Of a stretch of DNA of 64,000 nt, positions 58,181 to 64,000 are shown piece after piece. The DNA comes from an uncultured Chloroflexia bacterium (GTDB lineage Bacteria; Chloroflexota; Limnocylindria; Limnocylindrales; CSP1-4). The notes under the pieces were generated by a model, which made no database searches, was not told the DNA's origin, and worked only from the letters and a program-made list of their open reading frames with translations. Location: assembly GCA_963720755.1 (NCBI GenBank), contig CAVRGP010000015.1, positions 160,001-224,000 of the forward strand, given 5' to 3'. A program made the translations under genes and the position numbers. The stretch's first letter is position 1; each line of letters opens with the position of its first letter.

Positions 58181-61100
58181 GTGACCTCGCCCGGCCCGAA
58201 GCCCGCCTCGGTCCTGATCCTCGGGTCCGGCCCGGTCGTCATCGGTCAGGCCGCCGAGTTCGACTATGCCGGGACGCAGGCCTGCCGCGCCCTTCGGGCC
58301 GAGGGGGTCCGGACCATCCTGATCAATTCGAACCCGGCCACGATCATGACCGACCCATCGGTCGCGGATGTCATCTACCTCGAGCCCCTGACCGTCGAGG
58401 CCGTCGAAGCGGTCATCGCGAAGGAGCGACCCGAGGGACTCCTCGCCGGGCTCGGGGGCCAGACGGCGCTCAACCTGACGGCCGCGATGGCCGAGGCCGG
58501 CGTGTTCGATCGGCACGAGATCCGCCTCCTCGGCACCCCGCTGGAGGCGATCCGGATGGCCGAGGACCGCGAGGCGTTCCGCGACCTGCTCGATCGCCTG
58601 GGCCAACCGTATGCCCCGAGCGCCATCGTGGAGGGCGCGACCCAAGCCGAGCGCGATCGATCGGCGGACGTGGCACTCGAGACGATCGGCCTGCCTGCCA
58701 TCGTTCGCCCGGCGTTCACGCTTGGAGGCACCGGCGGCGGGATCGTCGGGACGGAGGTCGCTTATCGCGAACGAGTCCGGGCGGGTCTGCGCGCCAGCCC
58801 GATCAAGCAGGTCATGGTCGAGAAATGCCTGGTCGGCTGGCAGGAGATCGAATACGAGGTCATGCGCGACGCCGATGACACGTGCATCGCCGTGTGCTCG
58901 ATGGAAAACGTCGATCCGCTCGGGGTCCACACCGGCGATTCGATCGTCGTCGCGCCCGTCCAGACGCTGACCGATGCCGTCCACCAGCGCCTCCGCAGCG
59001 CCGCGCTGGCCATCATCCGGGCGCTCGGCGTCGAGGGCGGCTGCAACGTCCAGTTCGCGCTCTCGCCGGACTCGACCGAGTACGCGGTCATCGAGGTCAA
59101 CCCGAGAGTCAGCCGAAGCTCCGCTCTGGCATCCAAGGCCACCGGCTACCCGATCGCCCGGGTCGCCGCCCAGATCGCCATCGGCCGCCGACTGGCGGAG
59201 ATCCCGAATGTGGTCACCGGCACGACCGTGGCCGCCTTCGAGCCTGCGCTCGACTATGTGGTGGTCAAGTTGCCACGCTTCCCGTTCGACAAGTTCCCCG
59301 GCGCCGATCGTTCGCTCGGAAGCCAGATGAAGGCGACCGGCGAGGTGATGGCCATCGATCGGACCTTCGGATCGGCACTCAACAAGGCGCTTCGCGGGCT
59401 GGAACAGGCGAGTGTCGGCCCACTCGCCGAAGATCCGGCCTGGAGCTCGAGCTTCAGCTATCTCGCCGCGATGTACGCGGGTGCCCCGGACGACCAGGAC
59501 GACGGACCGATCCGCTGGCTGGATGCGTCAGGGGAGGCATGCGAATCGACCCGCCATGCCCAACGGTCGGCCGCCCCCATCGTGCTCCGACAGTTCCTCG
59601 AACCATCCGACAGCCGCCTGTGGCGGATCCTCGGGCTCATGCGTCGGGGTGTCCCCGAGCCGGCGATCGGGGAGGCGACCGGGATCGCCCCGTGGTTCCT
59701 CGCGGAGATGGGCCGGAACGTCGCGCTCGAGGCGGAGGTGGCGACCTTCGGAGAGCGGATGACGGATGCCACGGACGCCGAGGCGGCGGAACTCCTGGCC
59801 ACGGTCAAGCGGGCCGGGTTCGGCGATCGCGAGCTGGCCGACCTGTCGTCGACCACGGCCGATGCGATCCGTGCGACACGACTGACCCTCGGGTTGCGTC
59901 CGGGCTACGCGATGGTCGACACGTGTGCGGCCGAATTCGCCGCCGAGACGCCCTACTTCTATTCGACCTATGCGGCGTCGGGATCGACGCCCGAGGCGCC
60001 CCCGGTGGCTCGCCCCGGGGCACTGGTCATCGGCTCAGGCCCGGTCCGGATCGGCCAGGGGATCGAATTCGACTACTGCGCCGTCCAGGCCGCCGACACC
60101 CTGCGCCGCGCCGGTTGGAGCGCGGTCATGATGAATTCGAACCCGGAGACGGTCTCGACCGACTTCGACGCATCGACCCGCCTCTATTTCGAGCCACTCG
60201 ATGCGGAGAGCGTCCGGAGCGTCATCGACGCCGAGTCGCCGGATCAGGAGGAGCTCCTCCCGGCCGTCGTCGCCTACGGCGGGCAGACGCCGCTGAATCT
60301 TGCCGCGGCGCTGGCCGATGGTGGCGTCCCGCTGCTCGGTTCGAGTCTCGAGGCGATCGATCAGGCCGAGGAGCGGACGCGGTTCGCGGCACTCCTGGAC
60401 CGGCTTGGGATCCCGCAGCCAGAAGGCGGGATGGCCCACAGCATCGAGGAGGCGCTGACCCTCGCGGATCGGATCGGCTACCCGGTCATCGTCCGACCGT
60501 CGTTCGTGATCGGCGGCCTGGCGATCGACTTCTGCTACTCGCCGTCCGACCTCACCCGGCAGCTGGCGGCAGCCACCATCGTCGATCCCGACCGCCCCGT
60601 CCGGATCGATCGTTACCTCGAAGGCGTCGAAGTCGATGTCGACGCGGTCTCGGATGGGGAGCGGGTCCTCATCCCGGGTCTCCTCGAACACGTCGAGCGG
60701 GCCGGCGTCCATTCCGGCGACTCGGTCGGGATGTTCCCGCCCCAGACGGTCTCGGAAGGCGACCAGGCGCTGATCGTCGCGACGATGGAGCGGATCGTCC
60801 TCGCACTCGAGGTCCGCGGCCTGGTCAACGCGCAATTCATCGTCCGCGACGACGGTGTCTACCTCATCGAAGTCAACCCGCGTGCGTCGCGCACCGTCCC
60901 ATTCCTGTCAAAGGTGACCGGGGTCCCGATGGTCGAGTTGGCAGTGCGGATCTCACTCGGCGCGACGCTTCCGGAGCTTGGTTGGGCCGGCGGTCACCTG
61001 CCGCCGCCCGACTTCGTCGCGGTCAAGGCGCCGGCCTTCTCGACAGCGAAACTGCGAGGGGTCGATCCATCCGTCGGTCCCGGGATGCAGTCGACCGGGG

Positions 61101-61636
61101 AGGTCATCGGGATCCACCACGATCCGCGCGTCGCCCTCGCGAAGGCCCTGCTCGGCGCCGCCCTCGTCCCTCCGCGTCCTGGCGAGGACGGGGCGCTCGC
61201 GCTCTTGTCGATCGCCGATCGCGACAAGGCCACGCTACCCCGACTTGCGGTTGCCCTCGCCACCGCCGGCTACCGCTTCGCAGCGACCCCAGGGACGCGA
61301 TCGGCGCTCATCGAGGCGGGCTATGAGGCTGAACCCGTGTCCAAACTGGGGGCCGATGCAGATGCCGCGAGCGGTGAGACTCCGATCCTCGACCTGATCG
61401 CCACGGGCGAGGTCCGCCTCGTGGTCAACACGCCGACCCCGAGGTCGGGGGCCGTCCGCGATGCCGCCGAGATCCGCCTGGCCGCGACGGCCGAGGGCAT
61501 CCTTTGCCTGACGGCCATGGAGACCGCGGTCGCGGCTGCCGAAGCGCTGGACCCGGCGATCGCGGATCGGCTATCGGATGTCCGGTCGCTTGATCAGTGG
61601 GTCCCATCAGGGATGTTGACCACAACGCCGGTCTGA
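58181..61636 (+). CDS. carB: Carbamoyl-phosphate synthase large subunit
   Basis: VLILGSGPVVIGQAAEFDY, NSNPATIMTD, VIEVNPRVSRSS, GIEFDYC, MQSTGEV. Confidence 0.97.
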   Translation: MTSPGPKPASVLILGSGPVVIGQAAEFDYAGTQACRALRAEGVRTILINSNPATIMTDPSVADVIYLEPLTVEAVEAVIAKERPEGLLAGLGGQTALNLTAAMAEAGVFDRHEIRLLGTPLEAIRMAEDREAFRDLLDRLGQPYAPSAIVEGATQAERDRSADVALETIGLPAIVRPAFTLGGTGGGIVGTEVAYRERVRAGLRASPIKQVMVEKCLVGWQEIEYEVMRDADDTCIAVCSMENVDPLGVHTGDSIVVAPVQTLTDAVHQRLRSAALAIIRALGVEGGCNVQFALSPDSTEYAVIEVNPRVSRSSALASKATGYPIARVAAQIAIGRRLAEIPNVVTGTTVAAFEPALDYVVVKLPRFPFDKFPGADRSLGSQMKATGEVMAIDRTFGSALNKALRGLEQASVGPLAEDPAWSSSFSYLAAMYAGAPDDQDDGPIRWLDASGEACESTRHAQRSAAPIVLRQFLEPSDSRLWRILGLMRRGVPEPAIGEATGIAPWFLAEMGRNVALEAEVATFGERMTDATDAEAAELLATVKRAGFGDRELADLSSTTADAIRATRLTLGLRPGYAMVDTCAAEFAAETPYFYSTYAASGSTPEAPPVARPGALVIGSGPVRIGQGIEFDYCAVQAADTLRRAGWSAVMMNSNPETVSTDFDASTRLYFEPLDAESVRSVIDAESPDQEELLPAVVAYGGQTPLNLAAALADGGVPLLGSSLEAIDQAEERTRFAALLDRLGIPQPEGGMAHSIEEALTLADRIGYPVIVRPSFVIGGLAIDFCYSPSDLTRQLAAATIVDPDRPVRIDRYLEGVEVDVDAVSDGERVLIPGLLEHVERAGVHSGDSVGMFPPQTVSEGDQALIVATMERIVLALEVRGLVNAQFIVRDDGVYLIEVNPRASRTVPFLSKVTGVPMVELAVRISLGATLPELGWAGGHLPPPDFVAVKAPAFSTAKLRGVDPSVGPGMQSTGEVIGIHHDPRVALAKALLGAALVPPRPGEDGALALLSIADRDKATLPRLAVALATAGYRFAATPGTRSALIEAGYEAEPVSKLGADADAASGETPILDLIATGEVRLVVNTPTPRSGAVRDAAEIRLAATAEGILCLTAMETAVAAAEALDPAIADRLSDVRSLDQWVPSGMLTTTPV

Positions 61637-63024
61637 ACGGCGTCAGCGCTTGCCTGGGGGCTGACGACGATGGCCTGGCCAAGCGACCAGAGGGTCAGCG
61701 TCGTGAGGCTGACCATGACCACGGCAAGCGGGATCTGCCGGCGACGCAGCGCCTGCGTCGTGAGATCGGGAGGAGCATCCTGCACGGCGACCACATGCCC
61801 GCCCCAGGCTCCGAGCATATGACCCCCGACGACGGCCGCGAGCTGGATCGTCCAGACCAGACCGGGCGGCAGCCATGCGCCAGACGGCGTGAAGAAGGCG
61901 GTGTCGAACAGGTTCCAGCCCCGCTGGAACGGGTCGGAGATGGCGATCATGATCCGCTGGCCGTCGATCAGCAGGTAGGTCAGGTAATGGGCGACCAGGT
62001 AGCCGAGCGCGATCGGCAGCAGGCCGGCGCCGATCGCGCCGAGACCGACCGTGCGACTGACGAGGAACGCGAGGAGCACGACGATCCCGAGAAAGGCGAA
62101 GAGCAGGACCGTCCGCCCCGGGATCCCCGGAGCTCCGAACAGGTCGAAGAACGCCTGGGTCTGCGACAACCCATCGAAGATGATGGACGAGACGCCCAGC
62201 GCGACGAGGGTGACGTCTGCTGCCGTCCAGCCCGGCTCGAGCAGTCCGCTTCCGAACGTCCGGGTCTGGACACGCCCCTCCTCGTCGACAAGCCGCCAGT
62301 GCGCCAGCCGACCGAGGAGGCGAAACCAGACGGTGAACGTTTCGCCCTGTGAGCGCCACTCGTCGCGTCCGAATTGGGCCATCATCACGAGGGTGAGAGC
62401 GGTGTAACCGACAAGAACGATGAACAGCGTCGAGGGACCGGCCTGGATCACCAGCTCCAGCCAGACGAAGAAGGCGAACCCGATCACGGCCGGCCAGCGA
62501 CCCAACCGAGCTGGATAGGCCGCCGGGGCCCAACCCTGGATCCGCAGGCCGCGAAGGATGGCCGCCGCCAGGTCGTGCAACGTGGAAAACGGGTCGAGGA
62601 ACTGCCAGGCCGGGCCGACGGCGGCGCAGATGATCGCCAGACCGACCCAGCCGTAGACCCACAGGAAGAGGGTCGCGACGGCTCCGTCGCTCTCGTTGCC
62701 GGCGATCCCCTGGGCGACGATCCATAGCCAGCCGACGAGCCCGATGATCTGAAGTCCGCGCCGGATCAGGGCCGGCGGCAGGACGCCGGGGCCGTCCATG
62801 ACGGGAGGAGCTGCCCGGACGTCGCGGACGATGACGAACGCGAACGATAGGGCCACGGTCAGGGCCGCCCCGACCAGGTAGACGGCCAGCGGCAGCCGGC
62901 TTTCGTAGGTGGCGTTGAGGGTATGAGCCGCGACCGTCGCCGGACCGATGATCGCGATCAGGGCGGCCAGGCCGGCCGCGAACCCGACCCGGGGGCCGAA
63001 TATCCGACGGGGACCGCGGATCAC
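61594..63024 (-). CDS. Polytopic membrane protein coupled to copC
   Basis: Many TM segments, AHYL and GGHMLG motifs; GTGA overlap with copC. Confidence 0.75.
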   Translation of the reverse strand: MIRGPRRIFGPRVGFAAGLAALIAIIGPATVAAHTLNATYESRLPLAVYLVGAALTVALSFAFVIVRDVRAAPPVMDGPGVLPPALIRRGLQIIGLVGWLWIVAQGIAGNESDGAVATLFLWVYGWVGLAIICAAVGPAWQFLDPFSTLHDLAAAILRGLRIQGWAPAAYPARLGRWPAVIGFAFFVWLELVIQAGPSTLFIVLVGYTALTLVMMAQFGRDEWRSQGETFTVWFRLLGRLAHWRLVDEEGRVQTRTFGSGLLEPGWTAADVTLVALGVSSIIFDGLSQTQAFFDLFGAPGIPGRTVLLFAFLGIVVLLAFLVSRTVGLGAIGAGLLPIALGYLVAHYLTYLLIDGQRIMIAISDPFQRGWNLFDTAFFTPSGAWLPPGLVWTIQLAAVVGGHMLGAWGGHVVAVQDAPPDLTTQALRRRQIPLAVVMVSLTTLTLWSLGQAIVVSPQASADAVQTGVVVNIPDGTH

Positions 63025-63656
63025 GCCGGGTCGGTCGGGCGGTTGCGTCGCACGAGGAGGTAAGCCGCTCCGGCCCCGAGGATGATCAGGGCGACCACGA
63101 TCGGCAGGATGACGTCGTTGCCGCTCGCCGTCGTGCTTCCATCGGCCGAGGGTGCGGGGGTGGGTTCGGCCGACGGACTCGGTGTCGCCGGGACGGGCGT
63201 CGGACTGGCCGTGGCCGCTGCGCTCGCGCTCGCGCTCGGCGTCGGCGTCGGCGTCGGCTCCGGTGTCGCCGGGATGGCGACCGTGAAGGTCCAGGTCGTG
63301 TGCTCGATGTGGCCATCGGTGGCCACGGATGTGGATTCGACGCGGTACGTGCCGTCGCCGAGCGGGGTCGCGGGTGTCGCCACCATCCGCGTGTCGTCCG
63401 CCGGATCCACCGTCCCGCTGGCCACCACGTCGCCGTTGGAGTCCTTGACCACCAGGCTGCTGCCGTCGGGCGTCATCGCCTCGCTGTAGGTGCCGGACAC
63501 CTCCGCAACCGGCTCGGTGACGGTCGACTTGTCCGCTGGCGTCGCGGTGACGAGCTCTGCGTGGCCGAGGGCCATTCCCGGCAGCAGGAATGTCAGCATG
63601 ACGGCGGCCAACCATAGCCCGCCGGCACGGCGGACGAACCCTCGTGAGAACCTCAT
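63021..63656 (-). CDS. copC: CopC family copper-binding protein with C-terminal anchor
   Basis: Signal peptide followed by HAELV..TPA, DGH. Confidence 0.85.
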   Translation of the reverse strand: MRFSRGFVRRAGGLWLAAVMLTFLLPGMALGHAELVTATPADKSTVTEPVAEVSGTYSEAMTPDGSSLVVKDSNGDVVASGTVDPADDTRMVATPATPLGDGTYRVESTSVATDGHIEHTTWTFTVAIPATPEPTPTPTPSASASAAATASPTPVPATPSPSAEPTPAPSADGSTTASGNDVILPIVVALIILGAGAAYLLVRRNRPTDPA

Positions 63657-63814
63657 GGTCAGCGAGTCTACAAGTCTTCCCCAGAACCCGCCGTGATGGG
63701 CCCGACGTCGGATCGGCACCTCTTGCGGGTCGGACACGGTACGATCGTCACCAGCATCCTGACGCGGCCGCATCGCCGCCAAGCCCCACAGCCTCGAGGT
63801 CCAGCGTGCCCACC

Positions 63815-64000
63815 ATGGTTCCTGAGGTCGCCTTCAGCGACCAGCGTCTCGGCAACGGCCTGCGCGTCATCGTGGCGGAAGATCACCTCGCGCCCGTCGT
63901 CGCGGTGAACCTCTGGTACGACGTCGGATCGAAACATGAGGTCGCCGGCAAGACGGGCTTCGCCCACCTCTTCGAGCACGTCATGTTCCAGGGGTCGCGT
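63815..64000 (+). CDS. M16 (pitrilysin) family peptidase, partial
   Basis: LGNGLRV, WYDVGS.HE, GFAHLFEHVMF (HxxEH). Confidence 0.92.
   Translation, partial: MVPEVAFSDQRLGNGLRVIVAEDHLAPVVAVNLWYDVGSKHEVAGKTGFAHLFEHVMFQGSR

Overview
GC-rich bacterial chromosomal segment, about 68-70% GC by eye. Gene content and pervasive leaderless promoters suggest an uncultured Chloroflexota (Limnocylindria-like) or actinobacterial-type organism; this is inference only. Most of the window is housekeeping and catabolic: 2-oxoacid dehydrogenase E1/E2 with lipA, two acyl-CoA dehydrogenases, a split B12-dependent acyl-CoA mutase with isobutyryl-CoA-mutase residues plus meaB, hbd and thiolase, folE, a PyrR-controlled carA-carB, and three tRNAs (Glu-CTC, Arg-TCT, Lys-CTT). 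The most notable observation is a 29-bp dyad, GCC-N4-ACGA-N7-TCGT-N4-GGC. It occurs 6 times in and around an XRE-HTH/PD-(D/E)XK nuclease gene, which is bracketed by 22-bp inverted repeats and sits inside the dehydrogenase operon. It occurs 5 more times, 56 kb away, in a gene-less 60-bp array between carA and carB. This is a candidate REP/RAYT-like nuclease-plus-repeat system. Other points of interest: a Fic islet flanked by a duplicated 5' half of tRNA-Arg, a candidate structured ncRNA, a DnaA-box triplet, an ECF sigma coupled to an Ogt-Ada fusion, a stand-alone CarH-type B12 sensor, and several broken or non-canonically started genes. All calls come from reading motifs by eye; no database searches were run.
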